DNA of 64,000 bases from Camelus ferus (GCF_009834535.1 NC_045696.1:116066001-116130000), one strand, 5' to 3'; numbered from the stretch's first letter, positions 13,300 to 27,229 are shown. Notes: a model not told the origin generated them from the sequence alone. Translations and numbers: made by a program.

Positions 13300-14570
13300 A
13301 TCAACAAAGTGTGTTATTAAACTGAATTATTAACTATAAAAAATGATAGCTAATATTTCTGAGGTTTTTTTTTTTAGTTATAATAAGGTACTGGTCAACA
13401 AAAATAAAAAGGGAAAGGGTATAAAATAAATAATGAAAGTCTTTTTTGTATATTCAGGAAGAAGCTATAAACATATATTTCATAAAATAAGCAAATATGT
13501 CTATATAAACACATATAAATGCACACACACACCCTATATATAGTTCAGTATGTACATTATAAATTTAAGAGCAATTACTAGTAGAATAGAAACAAATTAC
13601 AGAGCTTCCAAACTAGCAGAGAATAAAAAGAAATATAAAAATAGGGAAAATGTCTTTAATTCAACCAAAAGCAGAAATGGATGAGCCAACAAAAAGAAAA
13701 GAACTTGAGCAGAACCCCCCCAAAAAATTATTATTATTATTAAAATAAATATAAAGCTAATAATGGATCTATAGACATGCAGATATTATCAGGTTGAATT
13801 TTTTAACCCAGCTTCATGCTGTTTTGACAATAAGACACAGAAAACTTGAAAATAAAGGATAGAAAGATATTTCTTGCAAATAATAACCAAAAGGAAGCTG
13901 AAGTGACAACAATAAGAGCAAACAAAATAGAATTTAAGGAAAAATGATTCATAGGGATGTAGGTGGAACATTACATAATAACAAGAATGATACATCAAGA
14001 AGACAATCAATTAATACAAACACCAGAATTTGAAATATACTTTTTTTAAACTGACATAATTGCAAAGAAAATTGACATATCCAAATTATTTGGGGAGAAA
14101 ACACAGGTCAGTCAGAAACTGATAGTTCAAGCTTTTTAAAAAATAGCTTGTTGAAGATTGAACAACAAATCACCAAATTCACCCTCAGAGTTGTGTGTGT
14201 GTGTATGTGTTTACTTATACACACACACATATACCAAGAAAATATACTCTTTTCAAGTACACATAAGTACCCATGGAACAATTACAAAATTATCCATTTC
14301 CTAGGTCTCAGCGGAATTCTGAAAATACGTTTTAGGAAAATGATACCATTTAAATCATATAATTTGTCGTGATTACATTAGAAATTAACAATTAAAAGGT
14401 TGTCAAATTAAAACTTGGAGATTTTTTAAGTCACTACTAAATGAATTGTGAATTAAAGAGAAAAGGACCGTGGAAGTCAGGGAACTTTTGCAATAGGACA
14501 GTGACAGCACTACACATCAATATCTATTGGATGAAGATAGAGTAATAAAGCAAGAAAAATTATTAGCACT
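13300..14570 (+). mobile_element. Highly decayed ancient L1M fragment (inter-ORF region and ORF2 endonuclease region)
   Basis: A-rich sequence with remnants such as TGAAAATAAAGGATAGAAAGATATT..GCAAAT..TAACCAAAAGGAAGCTG..CAAAATAGAATTTAAG and TACTCTTTTCAAGTACACAT. No open frame. Confidence 0.7.
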
Positions 14571-14854
14571 CTGACACTCTTTTCCTGCCCACAGACCTCA
14601 CAGAGGATTACCATGGTGGATCAGAGAGTTCCAACAACATCGAATTTCAGAAGGGAAGATGGGACCTCAGTCTCTTTTCCCCTTGTGGCATCCTCAGTGG
14701 GGCCTCATTCACTCTGAATCGGCCTTCTCTGCTTTAGCCTGGGTCCCCAGCAGCCGTGAGGATTTCCCTTATTCATGTGCAAGGGGAACTTCCTTTAAAA
14801 CATGATTTGGGGCTTATGAAATCTAGGTTGGTTCAATATTTTCAACCATTGGCA

Positions 14855-15045
14855 GGAAGGGTATAGCTCAGGGGTAGAGTGTGTGTTTAGCATGCACGAG
14901 GTCCTGGTTCAATCCCCAGTACCTCCATTTAAAAAAAAAATTAATACATAAATAAGCCCTATTACCTCCCCCCCAAAATAAATAAATAATTGGATAAATG
15001 AACAAATAAACCTAATTACCACTCCTCAAAAAAAAGGGAAAAAAA
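14855..15045 (+). mobile_element. tRNA-derived SINE resembling camelid Vic-1
   Basis: Head GG.AGGGTATAGCTCAG.GGTAGAGTG.GTG.TTAGCATGCACGAGGTCCTGGTTCAATCCCCAGTACCTCC, with A-box ~14864-14875 and B-box GGTTCAATCCC 14906-14916. Followed by an A-rich tail with AATAAACCTAATTACC-type motif present twice. Confidence 0.88.
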
Positions 15046-18000
15046 TAGCATCCTCCTAGCATTAGGGAGCCATAAATAGTGTTATTATCTACCAGCTGTG
15101 AAGTAAGCAAGGAATTATACTGAACTACGAATGGTCCCCCTTGTCCTAAGGCACCTAGAGCCTAGATGAGGAGTTAAGACCAACCTAGGACAGACAGACT
15201 CTCCACGTACAGCACACGCTGTGCTGTTGAACATGGGATTGTGGAATCCCGTCAGATTTGGGAGGGGGTCATGACAAGGTGCAGTGATCAGCTGAGAGGA
15301 GCGGGGATGGGACCCTCAAGGGCAGGGGCAGGGAGTCAGCCAGGCAGACAGGGAGGAGGCACTCTGGGCCAGGGTGCTCTAGGGAACCACGTGAGGGCTG
15401 GAAAACACAGGCTTCCCAATGGGACACACAGCAGGCCCCCTGAGCTGGTACTGTGATCGCAGGTTTCTGTGCGCTTCCAGTAGATATGTCTGGAAACTGA
15501 GGCCAAGCCAGCAACAGGATCAGTAGTTGGGGTTGGTGGGGGGTCCTAAATGTTTGTTTGAGGGTCTGGAAACTGATCTCCAGGCAACAGACACCTACTG
15601 AAGGTTCTAGTGAGGAAAAATGCCACAGTTGAATTCATTCCAGAAAATCACATTTGGAAACAGCCTGCAGGGAGAAAAGACAGTCCTTGAAGCACAAGGA
15701 AGAGCTAGACGTGTAAACAAATTCCTCAGTTTATCAGATGAGGAAACTGAGACAGGGCTCCAAGGACTTGCCTCCTGCATCACAGAAAGCAGAGCAAGAA
15801 CTAACAATCGAGACAGCTAACCCACCACCTCGGGCGTTTCTGTTACTCTGCACTATGCCCTCTGGGAATTATCTTCGTGAAAAATTAAACCACATGAAGT
15901 TTGTGTCCAAGCCCTACAACTTTCTCCAAGTATCACAGTATATATTGTCCTCCACCACCATTGCCACCCCCACCTCCTCCCTCCCCTCCCAGCTCAAGTC
16001 ACGGCACCTTGAAGTTTCTTCTCAGCCCTCCAAAATTCTCTGCAGAAAAAGGCTTTGAAAACTGATTTCTTTGAAGGTACCAATATCTAATAAAATGTTG
16101 TGAATAACTTCTCTCTGAGGTGCCTCTTTTAAAAATGTAACACCGAGAAATGCTGCTCTCAATGAAAACATCAAGAAGACATGTTCTGGTGAAGCAGAGT
16201 CCTCCTGAAGAGACTGAGAAGTGGTCACATGGTGAGGCGTCCTATCATAACCATCCTTATTTGCAGAAAATAGTTCCAGAACAAAATTTACACTCCGCTG
16301 TCCTATCAGTATGGGAGACAGGGCAACGCTGGAGAAGGGAGAGGAACGAGAAGAGAGTTTGCAGCCCACAGGGAGTGCTGGGGGGGTCAGGCTGTGAAAG
16401 TAACTTACAAGCATCACGAGGCATTCTGCAGCCACAAAGTGTGGCAGGAACAAGCTTCCTGAGTCTTTGGAAATTGTTTCCCCATAAAGAAGAAGTACTT
16501 GGTTTTTTAAGAGCAAATACAGGCAAACCATCTTCAGGTTGAGGGGGAGATTTCCCCTAGAAAGAATAGGGGTTCAGTCTACATACAGATGATCCCTAAT
16601 ATTGGTGATCAGCAAAGGGAAAGTACCCAAAAATGTGGGTTAGCCATCTAGAAATGACATGCATGGAATGATTCTATCTATAAACTGGTCAAATCCCGTT
16701 ATAGGAAAGATCATTTTGCTGAAAACTCAGTATAAATATTTGCCATCATTCTGTGCATTGTCCAGCCCCCCACCCCAAAACCAGCACAATTTTCATCTGA
16801 GCAGCCCTTATCATATTAGTTTAGATTTCTCTTCCATCTCAGACACTTCCAAGAAGGAGATTCAGAAAAATTAAGCCTTGGTGGAAAAAGAAGTCACAAT
16901 CCCCGTTCCCCAGACTTTAAAGACGGCCTGGGTGCCAAGCTCTGTAGCTCACCTCGTCCGGCACGTGTCGTGGCTATAAGACAATGAGTCAAATTCATGG
17001 GCGGACAGAATTGGCGTATGTCTTCTTCTTTAATTCTGGGGTTACCAACAGGCTCCCAACCCCCCAAGTATTTCTCCCCCTATTATGTTACTGCCTAAAA
17101 CACCACTGTACCTAACAGCGAACCCAGCCGTGTCCCCGATTTGTGATAAACCCACCAAGGGTCAACATTCTGGCCAACAACCTTTGGAAAATTTTAAGGG
17201 CTCCTAGTCTATAAAAATTCTTCATCTCCAGTTAAAAACCCTAATGGTGTCCTTTAACCTAATTCAACAGCTCAAGAAAGTAATAGAGTAACGTTTCTTG
17301 GCTGAATCAATACCGCATTAAAGAACGGTGCTATCTTTGAGAAGTTATGAATACAAAACAGCTCGATGATGTATTAGTGTCATTGCCTGCTGTCCCTTTC
17401 AGTTTGCTTGCATCACTGAGGACGAGCAGAAAGGAACCCTTCTCGTGTTTGGATTTGTCAGCAAGATCCCGTTCGTATTCCATCCTTCCTTGTGTTTTAC
17501 ATCTTCCGTTCAAAGCACTGCAGGTACCAGAGAAGCAAGCAACCCAAGTGTCAGAACGACCACGGAAGCTGATTTAGTGTTTGCTAGTACGTTCTAGCAG
17601 AGTTCATGTCTTAAAAATCATTTCATAACGTGTTTATCAAAGAAGGTGAATTATTCCTGCCACTCTTTCTTTGCTTTGTGATCCAGGAAGTCACAAAGCA
17701 ATTTTTTTCAAGGTCACTTGGCACAAACTTAAATATATATAGTTTTCAAAAATTAAGCTTTTTAAAGGACCCGTGTCATTGATAGGTAACAGATACAAAA
17801 AATCAATTAGGAAGAGACAAACATCTAAATGGAAATTACAATGCCCTGTGGTGATGCAGGCTTATTAAAATAGCCATTCTCTTCCAGTGTGGCTGGGTAG
17901 CAAATGGGTCAACCCTTTCTGGAAAATAGTTTGGTAACTTCATATCAAAATCCTTAAAAATGTTTTGCCCAATGATAAAACAATTTCACATCTACTTTAC

Positions 18001-18240
18001 TCAGAAAAGGAGAAAAAAAAATTCAGACATAGTTTAAAATGCTGGTATGTCATCTCTGAAAGTATGAATTAGATCATTGGATTCCCGGGAAATTAGACAT
18101 TACGTTAGTAATCAATGATAAGACGTTGTCCAGAGCGGGCACTACAGCTCACTATCCAGCACAGTATCTGACACGTAGTGAAAACTCAAAAAGTATTTGT
18201 GGACTGATGAAGTACATAAGTGAATGTCCATTTTAAAAAC

Positions 18241-18428
18241 CAGTGCTACGCAAAATGGGGTCCAGCAGTTGGCAGTCCCAGCCTCTCCCAGGAGCTTGTT
18301 GGAAACGCACATTTGGGGGCCCACCAGACCTACCAATTCATAACCTCTGGGGGTGGCGCTGAGGAAGCTGTATTTTAATAAGCCCTCTAAGCTGATTCTG
18401 ATGCAGACAAAGATTTGTGCAGCACCAG
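18241..18428. mobile_element. hAT-Charlie MITE, MER5A-like
   Basis: CAGTGCTAC.CAAA.TG.GGTCC...GGAGCTTGTT.GAAA.GCA...CCAGACCTAC...CTCTGGGGGTGG...TGTATTTTAA.AAGCCCTC...TGATTCTGATGCA. Confidence 0.8.
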
Positions 18429-19601
18429 GCAAGAATCCTATGCGATCTTCAAAGATCGGAATCTCTCAGCTTCGTTCTATTTTTAACAACCTTTTTCTCC
18501 TCTGTCTCTGCCACCGGAGTAAGCAATTCAATCCTCCCAACAGCAGGAGCCTAGTTCACATTTTTAAGCCCAGATTCCCCTGGAAACCAAACACGGAAAG
18601 AAGCTGAAAGTTATGAAAGACTTAACAATTTTCCTTGTCAAATTTTATTAGGATCCTGCCAGGGGTTGTGATGCAAAGTCTGCAAATTCTGGGGACAGTC
18701 AGAACTGTGTTGAAATTCTGGCTGGACTACTTACTAATTTGGCATCTTGAACAAATCATTTGACTTCTTTGAGTTTTGCAATTTCTTCAGCTGTAGAATG
18801 GGGCTAACGACACCTATGTGCTGGTGTTTTAGAGTTTCCACTAAATAAATATAAAGTCTATAAAGCTCCTTGAATAGCCAAATTAAAGCCTCAAAAAATA
18901 TCAATCTCCTTTCCTTAGATCAGTGCTGATTTCCTTAAGATGCTGTATCTACATTTTGTAAGCAGGAAGTTAAGGAAAGACATAGCTTACCATTTTGGGT
19001 ACTTAACACAGTGTTTGACACATGCTCGGTTATTCATAAACGCTCAATGATTGATTGATTGATAGGTGTGATGAGTCAGACTGAGGCCAGGTTAAAGAAT
19101 GCAGTCCTTTGAACCTCACTGCACTGTATTAAACCACTTGGGAGAAAAGAGTTATTCTTAAGACTGTTACCACTGAAAGAAAAATGCCTGTGAATGCGGC
19201 AAAACTCACACTCCTTACCCTGCACTGCTCTCCTCCAGGCCCTGTGCTCTCTTCCTCTAAAGGAGATCAGGTCCCCTCAGACATCGGGCAGGCTGCCTTC
19301 AAAGCAGAAAACCCCTGGGAGATACTGACCAAGCCACACTAGGAGAGCACACACGGCTTCCAGGGGTCTCTCCTAGGGGTGAAGGGAAGTGTGGGAAACA
19401 CTCGAAAGATAAAAACTAAAGGAATTTGGGGTTTTTTTCTTCCAAACTGGCAACACAAAATGAAAAGATGACATTATGAGGCCAATTTGAACATGAGGCA
19501 GGAAAAAAAAATCTAACAGAATAAGGGACCGAATCCTTCTTTGGGGACTCATCGCAAGGCAGAAGTTTCTGTGAAGACTTTTGCCTTCAATGTAATAAAC
19601 C

Positions 19602-20373
19602 CACTCTCCTACACTGCTGGGGGTAATGCAGTTTGGTGCAGCCATTATGGAAAACAGTGTGGAGGTTCCTCAAAAAACTAAAAATAGACCTACCGTATGA
19701 ACCTGCAATCCCACTTCTGGGTATATATCCAGAGGGAACTCTAATTCGAAAAGACACATGCACCCCAATGTTCACAGCAGCACTATTTACAATAGCCAAG
19801 ACATGGAAACAACCTAAATGTTCACTGACATGTGACCGGATAAAGAAGCTGTGGTACATTTATACAATGGAATACTACTCAGCCATTAAAAAGAATAAAA
19901 TAATGCCATTTGCAGCAACATAGATGGACCTGGAGATCATCATTCTAAGTGAAGTAGGCCAGAAAGAGAAAGAAAAATACCATATGATATCACTCATATG
20001 TGGAATCTTTAGAAAAAAAAAAAGAAGAGGACACTAATGAACTCATCTATAAAACAGAAACAGACTTGCAGACATAATAAACACTTATGGTTACCCAGGG
20101 AGAAAGAGGGGGAAAGGGATAAACTGGGAGTTCAAGATTTGCAGATACAAACTACTATATATAAAATAGATAAACAGAAGTTTCTACTGTAGAGCACAGG
20201 GAACTATATTCAATGTCTTGTAGCAACCTTTAATAAAAAAGAATATGAAAACTAATTATGTATGTATATGCATGACTGGGACATTATGCTGTGCACCAGA
20301 AACTGACACATTGTAGCTGACTATACTTCAATAAATATAATAATAACAACAACAACAATAACAATAATAATAA
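19602..20373 (+). mobile_element. 5'-truncated LINE-1 (ORF2 C-terminus, 3' UTR, tail decayed to (AAT)/(AAC) repeats)
   Basis: ORF 19633..19923 [32 protein letters not shown]...[21 protein letters not shown] then (AAT/AAC)n tail. Probable TSD TAATAAACC at 19593-19601 and 20374-20382. Confidence 0.94.
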
Positions 20374-20756
20374 TAATAAACCTTCCCCTTGCAACCTAAC
20401 TCCTGAGAGAAGAAACACTTGCACACACACTCCTAGAGAATGCCTGACAGGAGATGAGAGCAGATGGACAGATTGTTAAGTACTTACTGTCTTCCTGGCA
20501 CTGACTGCAGGAGTGCTTCGGAAAAACAGGTGTAAGCGAGACCTGGGCCTTGCCACGAAGGAGCTTATAGACCAATAGGCAGGCAGATAAACACGTAAAT
20601 GAAATGAAGAATTACAGTCACCTTTATGGAGGTTGGGTGAGGATACAGGAAGTGCCCTGAAATAGAGAGTGTCAAGTCCAGTAATGGTGGAGGAGGGGAG
20701 AGGTTTAACGGTTTATCTCGGGATAAATCTCTAAAGATGAGCAGGTGCTCTGAAGC

Positions 20757-20921
20757 CTTGCTTCTCAAAGTGTGGTCCAGGGACCAGCAGCATGACATGG
20801 GAGTTTGCTAGAAAGGCAAAACTCAGGCCTTTCCCCAGATCTTACTGAATCAGAATTCATTCTCATATTCTACCAGAATTCCCAGAAAATTCGTGGGCAC
20901 ATTAACCTTTGAGAAGTGCTA
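20757..20921. mobile_element. hAT-Charlie MITE, MER5-like
   Basis: CTTCTCAAAGTGTGGTCC..GGACCAGCAGCAT...TACTGAATCAGAAT...TTTGAGAAG; the ends CTTCTCAAA / TTTGAGAAG are inverted. Confidence 0.8.
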
Positions 20922-21024
20922 GTCCTAAGCAGTTTCCAAGGACTGGTAAAGACAGGAAACTGACTGTAGTAGGTTGATAAATTGAGATGAGAAATCAAGG
21001 CAGTGTAGGCCAAGAATTTAAAAC

Positions 21025-21530
21025 TGGGGTCAGAAATCCAAATTCAGCTCACCTATGTACTTTATTAAGACTGTATAGTGTTTTTTTTTTAATTGTTAAA
21101 ACAATTTTCATCCTTTATTCTTTTTTTCTAATTGAGGTATAAGTGACACATAACATTATATTAGTTTCAGGTGTCTGATATAAGGATTCAATATTTATAT
21201 ACATTGCAAAATGATCTCCACAGTAAGTCTAATTAATGCCCAACACCATACATAGTTTCAATTTTTTTCCCTGATTAGACTGTACAGTGTTCTAAACACT
21301 GATAAATTTCTAATAGAAATCCAGATTTCTGGATTTTCTTAGAAAAAAAATCAGATGTTTTGGACAAACTGGACCCCCATTCCCAAATGACAGCAAAGGG
21401 CAGAATAGAGTGTCTATTTCTGACAAAAATGGGCCCACAATGACCCTACCTTCCACCCTCATCACTCACTGTCATTATTAACCCTCTGGGCGCCAACAGA
21501 CATTTGAAACCGTGACGTTTGAGGTGGGAA
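21025..21530. mobile_element. hAT-Charlie relic (MER102-like) interrupted by an L1 tail
   Basis: AAATCCAGATTTCTGG.TT.TCTT.GAAAAA.TCAGA...CATTCCCA.ATG.CA.CAA motif. A similar relic lies at ~35690-35990. Confidence 0.5.
21083..21276 (-). mobile_element. Short L1 3' end with TSD
   Basis: T-rich tail, then TTGAGGTATAA.TGACA.ATAACATTATATTAGTTTCAGGTGT. TSD AGACTGTA(T/C)AGTGTT at 21068-21082 and 21277-21291. Confidence 0.8.
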
Positions 21531-24500
21531 TCAACTCTGCTGAGCAAGAAGGGAGAGTAATGGGACAGAAGTTAAAGTGGAGTGTGGAGTTGATGAAGGC
21601 ATTCTTTCTTTGAAGACGTTTTAGGCTGTGAAGGAAATGCCAATTGAAAAAGAGACAGTGGGGACGTGGGAGGGAGAAGGATAAGGACCATTATTCTGGA
21701 GGAAAAAAGAAAAAAGGAGATGTTATCAAGAACACAGAAGGGCTGAGCCCACCTCTCCCTCTGAGGCAGGAGGGAAGACGACGAGGTGGTTCAGGTGTGA
21801 CTTTTCATGCTCTTCACAGAAGACTAAAGAGCTTCTGCCTGAGAATACCATCCTCTCTAAGCAATCGGAGGCAAGACGATCAACCGAACATGAAACAGCG
21901 GGACCTGGAAATTCGGAAGAGTGGTGAGCACTTGGGAGAGCAACCCACTGTGGGCAATGGGAACAGGAAATCACTGAGGCATCAAGCTGAATTTTCAGGT
22001 GGTCCTGGGAACCCGGCTGAGAGGCAAGTTCTGCAACAGGGCAGGCAGTGTGCGGGGATTCCTCCTTCCGGCTGCAGTGAGCATCCCAGGACTGAGAAAG
22101 CATGTATTCAGATGGACCTCTGTCTGCAGGCTGAATACAGAAGGTCAGGCAGGTACAGAGGCTGGGGGTGTTGAGAAGAATGGCTGAAATGACCTGCCAT
22201 GGAGTCCTGGCTACCAGCAAAGCAAACCCTGAAAGCCGTAGTAAATTCGGAGGAGAAAGAGGAACCAGAGGAGCCAGGGGTCCAGTGACTCAAGAAATAA
22301 ACGGTTTAAAGAGTCAACCAGAAGTCACTGGTGGAGCCAGGATTTGAACTCAGGGCGTTTGTCTCCAAAAATCTTTCTGCTCTAACCCTCCATCTTTGTG
22401 AGTCACACAGAAATGCAAGGATACGTCTCCAGTTTTCTGACAAGTGGGGTCTATTTGCCCTGGAATCCCTGTTGGGGAGATGACACAGGAAGTCATCTGT
22501 AGGCAAAGAAGTTGTTGCTTTCACGTCTGTTGCCTTCTCTGTTTCCTTCTTATTCCTCATTTTCCTGTGTCAGCTGTTTTTTGTGTTCTATTAAAGCCTT
22601 CAAAGTAAGGCAAGAGCAGGGGTATTTATATACCATCATCTCTAAACCTGCCGGTTCAAAAGAGGACAAGTAAATAACCATTACACAAGTTCTGTGCATT
22701 GTCAAAGAGGCAGGGCTGTCAACACTGAGGTTCCTGGCTTCAAATTACCACTTTTCTAATTGCAGAAGACTCTCTTGTACGTCTTGCAGATTCATTAAAC
22801 TACCATGACGATAATGATAATAGCCACTATTTTCACTCTTCCTATTAACATTGAAACATTTGAGACTTCAGAATGGAAATATTACAAATACTACCTGGAT
22901 AGTGGGCCCACCAAAAATCCACGAATAAGTGATTTTAAATATGTATTTAAACCCATCTGGTATCAGTGATCATTATTGTCATTAAAACTCTTGCTTGGTT
23001 TTGCTGCTTCTTTTTCCAAGTGATTTTCTCATGCTTTATTTTACTTCATTTCACTCTCATAAGTGATTAACAAATGTCAGTGCTATATGCACATTATACC
23101 CTCAATCATCCAATAATTGCAAATATAATAAATCCAGATTTGGAAGGAGTGTGATTTCCAACATGTATGAGTTTGAAATGGTAACACAGCAATCTCTAAC
23201 TATGTGAGGAGTTCTTAAACTCTGCTTTAGCAGGTGAGGAAAAATCCATAATTGAGGAAGGCAAGAAAGAAGCAGAGAGAAAGAGAATGTTAAGCAACAG
23301 GCTGTACCCATCCCAGAAAGCCCATTTCCTCTACCTAAATTTAGGCAACAGAGAGAGGAAAGCCATTCAGGAGTCTATAAACCCATCCCTCTGACAACTG
23401 CAGAGGTATTTTGCAGAAGATAGTCACGGTGTTTGCAAATTAATGGCATTCAAGAAGTCTCCGCTCTGCTGTAGACAATTCTGTGGCATGATCAAAAGGA
23501 GTAAAGATAGCTGACCCTAAAGGCATGTGTTTGGTCAGGTCTGTAGTAAAGTCAGACCCATCACTGAACTTACCTACAAGCTTTGTGTAGTTGCATAAAA
23601 ACAGCCCAGGATATGCTGTAATTAGTAAATCAGTGTTGACTTTAAAAAAAAAAAAAAGTTTCATTCACTGAAGACCAGGAAGTATCAATATGAAATATAT
23701 AAGCGGGGGATGATAAATTATTAGGATGGAAAGGGGGTTCTGGTCTACCTAGATATTTCTCAGCCATCTGACAGCTTTTCATTCATAACCTAGTGAGAGC
23801 ATTGTTTTGGGCATTCTGGCCCATGAAAGGACTTCAGTGCATTCATACGCCTTCTAGAATGAAAGCAGATTGAATGATGTCTGAATTGATCTATGTCTAA
23901 GTACTAACTGACATGAATTGATCGTAGTCTAAGTTTAGCCGATTTCAAAATGTGCAGTTTATTAAAATGGATTCCATTCTTTTTAGCTAATTCTCTCACT
24001 GTTTTACTATGCACTCCATTTTAAAGCAAACGTCTTCAAATGTTCATTAAAAATAATTAGACAATATTTGTTATATTATCCTCATTTTTTTGTATTTTTA
24101 AGTTTGAACCAAATGACTCGTATCGACATTCCTAGCCCCTTTCCTTGGTGTCCCCCAAGTGAATGGGTTCCTTTTAATGTTGACTGACAAGCAACTTGAT
24201 TTTGATGGCTTTGGATGAGCCACCTCCTCCCCTGGACTCTGTGCTATAAAGTCAGAATGGATGTAAAATGCAAGTCCTGCACACAGAGGGCTTACAGTGC
24301 AGCACTAGAAATAAACTAATTCTACAAACATGAGCACAGATGGGTGGGGCTTCTGCTGGCCCTCCCACATTGTTCCATCTGTGCGCCGTGAACCCAGAAG
24401 TACTCACCATTAACTCTGAAGGTTGAGCTACGACAAGGCTCCATGGCTGTGCTCACACTGTAGACTCTGTCAGAAAGAACCTCACTTTCCCACAGACTCC

Positions 24501-24629
24501 TTTATCAATTCTATTTGTAACACTGGCAACTACAGGCATTGCCTTATCTATGAAGCCATTTTTTGATTCGTAATTAAAGAAATGACTGCTCTGTCCTCTC
24601 TTCCTCTATTACATCCTATCGTGGCTTCT

Positions 24630-25070
24630 GTCAGAGCACCCAGGGTTATGGGCTAACACCTTCAGAATCCACAGAAAGCAAATCCAAGGATGTGTTATGG
24701 AGCTGCCCACCATTACAGGTAGTTGGTGCTCCATTCTCTAGAATTTTCTGGAAACATTTATGAAATACACTCCAGAACTGTCTACCTGGGATACAAAGGA
24801 GGGAAGCATTTATCCATGGGTTTCCGTCCTCCGTTGTTCATGGGTGACCCTCCAGGCATGGACTCAGCCACATTTCATGTAGCATGTATGTGAACACTGA
24901 GCAGAAGTTCTCCTTGATATCAACTGATCTACAGGGAAGGAAGCAAGAGTTATGCAGCTAGAGTACAAGGCAAGACACTATCAGGTTGTTCCTAGAGGAA
25001 ACCAGTCAAAATTCTGCGAGGACGGGTCACCACGGCAGTGCCCTGGAGTAAGCAGCGGGGCTGAGAACGT
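24630..25070. mobile_element. Possible old ERVL-class LTR relic
   Basis: GGAAGCATTTATCCAT.GG.T.CC.TCC.C..TTG.TCA.GGGT.ACCC resembles ancient ERVL LTR families. Family not determined. Confidence 0.3.
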
Positions 25071-27229
25071 GACACACAAAATCACAATCCTGATTATGGG
25101 TAATTTATCAAATGTTCCCCAGCTTGTCACACAGTTCACCAGAATAGTTCTGATATAGCTCATGACAGAAAGTACTATAATCTAAAAGAAGAAAACACTC
25201 ATATCCAGCATACAAATTTTCTATATCCACTACATTTTTCTAGCTAAAATGTGCTGCTTTGACTCCACCTAATTTCTTTCAGACTCCAACCTTTTGACGT
25301 TCACATCGTATTTTCTAAGTAATATTCGGTGAGGACCCACATTCCCATCTCTTTTGTAAACACAATGAATGAAACCACTTTTAATATCTTTCCTTATCTC
25401 TTGTACAACAATATGGCTTAAAAGCTAACACAGCCAAGCCGAGGGCACATTGCAAGTCCCAACTGGAAATGTCCATCTTGCTTTCTAAGAATTCTCATAT
25501 TCTTCATCTGTCTTAATCTATTTTCCTCCCAACTCCCTCCTTCCCAGCTCCATGAAGAAGTTTATTTTCATAAATTGTCCCATTAATCCAATTCCTTGGA
25601 AGTTAGATTTGAGCAAGAGATAATCGTTTCCTAAAAAATAATATGGTGCCTTAGAGTCAGTTCCTAAACCTAAAAATGTTAGTCTTAAATGAGCAGGACC
25701 CAAGCAAGGATTTGGAGACTCGTTTCCTCAAGTCACTGGCTCACCCTGACTGCAAGAATTTCTTAAATTGTGCCTGGGATTGAAGATGCAAGGAGTGCCC
25801 ATGAAGGAATAAAGTATGGACCAAAGTGTTCACATCTGGCTCCATCCTCTTGAGAACGCCTACTCCTGGAGAGACGATGCAAGTGGTTCAAAACCAGGCT
25901 AGGAGGATTCCTCAGATAAAATTCTCAACCTTTGCTGGAAAATGACATTGCCAGATGTCTTCCTTCTACTCCCACACTCCCCAAATTGATCAAAGCTTCA
26001 ATATAAATAAAAGGAAAGGGGTAGGGAGGAAGGAAATGTCTCCTGCTGGGAAACAGACCCGTCAATGATCTTGACGAAGTAAACTAGTGTTTTTCTTAAT
26101 TAACGGACATCCAACCCTTCTAGAAACCATTTAGAAGCAGGAGGCAGAGTCGGCTAATTTTTTTCTTTTAAAAGCTAAGAATTCTTATACCTGCATGAAA
26201 CGTATTTTAGGAGATCCCTAGTAGGTCCATGAGAGAGTACGTTTATTCCTCAGTCTTCATACCGAACATTCTCAATCACCTAGATAACATGTGTGTTGCC
26301 GTGTAAGTCCAAACGCATCACCGCTTCTCTCCCACATTCAGGAAGTGCGAGGAGACCAGTGGGTAAAGTTTCTGGCCTCACTAAAGTGGGGAATTAGTGA
26401 AGAGAATGGACGGACAGGGATGCTTCTAAAAGCCTCTTTAAAACAAAATAAAAGTACCTTATTAGTATTGCTAAGACCAACTGAAGTTGGCAGAGATGAG
26501 AAATGCTTTCCTGTATCCTACAGGGGAATAAGCTTGGTTGACGTAATACTTACGTTGAGTTCCTGCCTTTCTAACTTTAATATGCACCAGGTGGAAGGAA
26601 GGGAGGGAGACGGGAAGGAGGGAAGAAGGGAGGAAGTAGCATGGTACAATTTGATGAATTTTGATAGCTGTTTACACCCATGAAACCACCATGTGGTCAT
26701 CTGTTTGTAAGCAAGTTTAAGGTACCATGGTAATGGGCTACCAAACTCAAAGTCTTAAATGGAGAGCCAAGCTCATAGGAAGGATTGTGCACTGCAGCAT
26801 GAACCAGCTCATTCCCTCATCTCTCTTATGCTCCCAAGAGGACAAGTGAAATTAATTATCCACACCGAGGCTTCTAAAGCAGAAGCAAATTTACTTGCAG
26901 TACATGGGACAAAAAAGAACACAGATTTGATCCCTGGACCCAAAAGAGGCTATGGCCCTGAATCCTCCAAGGTGAGGATGTGGATGGTGGCAGATGCAGT
27001 GATAATGGCTCCTCCTAGCCCACAGAGTGGCCATGCTGGTGTCCTACCTCGTGACTCCTACCCTGAGGAGACCCTAGGGTTGTATCTCCGGGAGGTACTG
27101 AGAGAGGAAAGATGTCAAAGTCAGCAGGGGCAGTCCTGGGTGTACCATCTAGGAGTCAGTCCTTTTCTTCCATCCTTAGGGTAAACAAAAAAGGGTAGTA
27201 AGCTAAAATTAATAAATTCTTACAGTGTG

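Noticed and set aside
14855..14926. Functional tRNA gene
   Set aside because: Mismatches in the stems, no poly-T terminator and a SINE-type A-rich tail indicate a tRNA-derived SINE.
16022..16542. 169-aa and 130-aa ORFs
   Set aside because: No recognisable motif and no supporting splice or promoter context.
21644..22220. Overlapping 176-aa and 164-aa ORFs
   Set aside because: Purine-rich low-complexity sequence with no recognisable homology; consistent with chance ORFs or decayed repeat.
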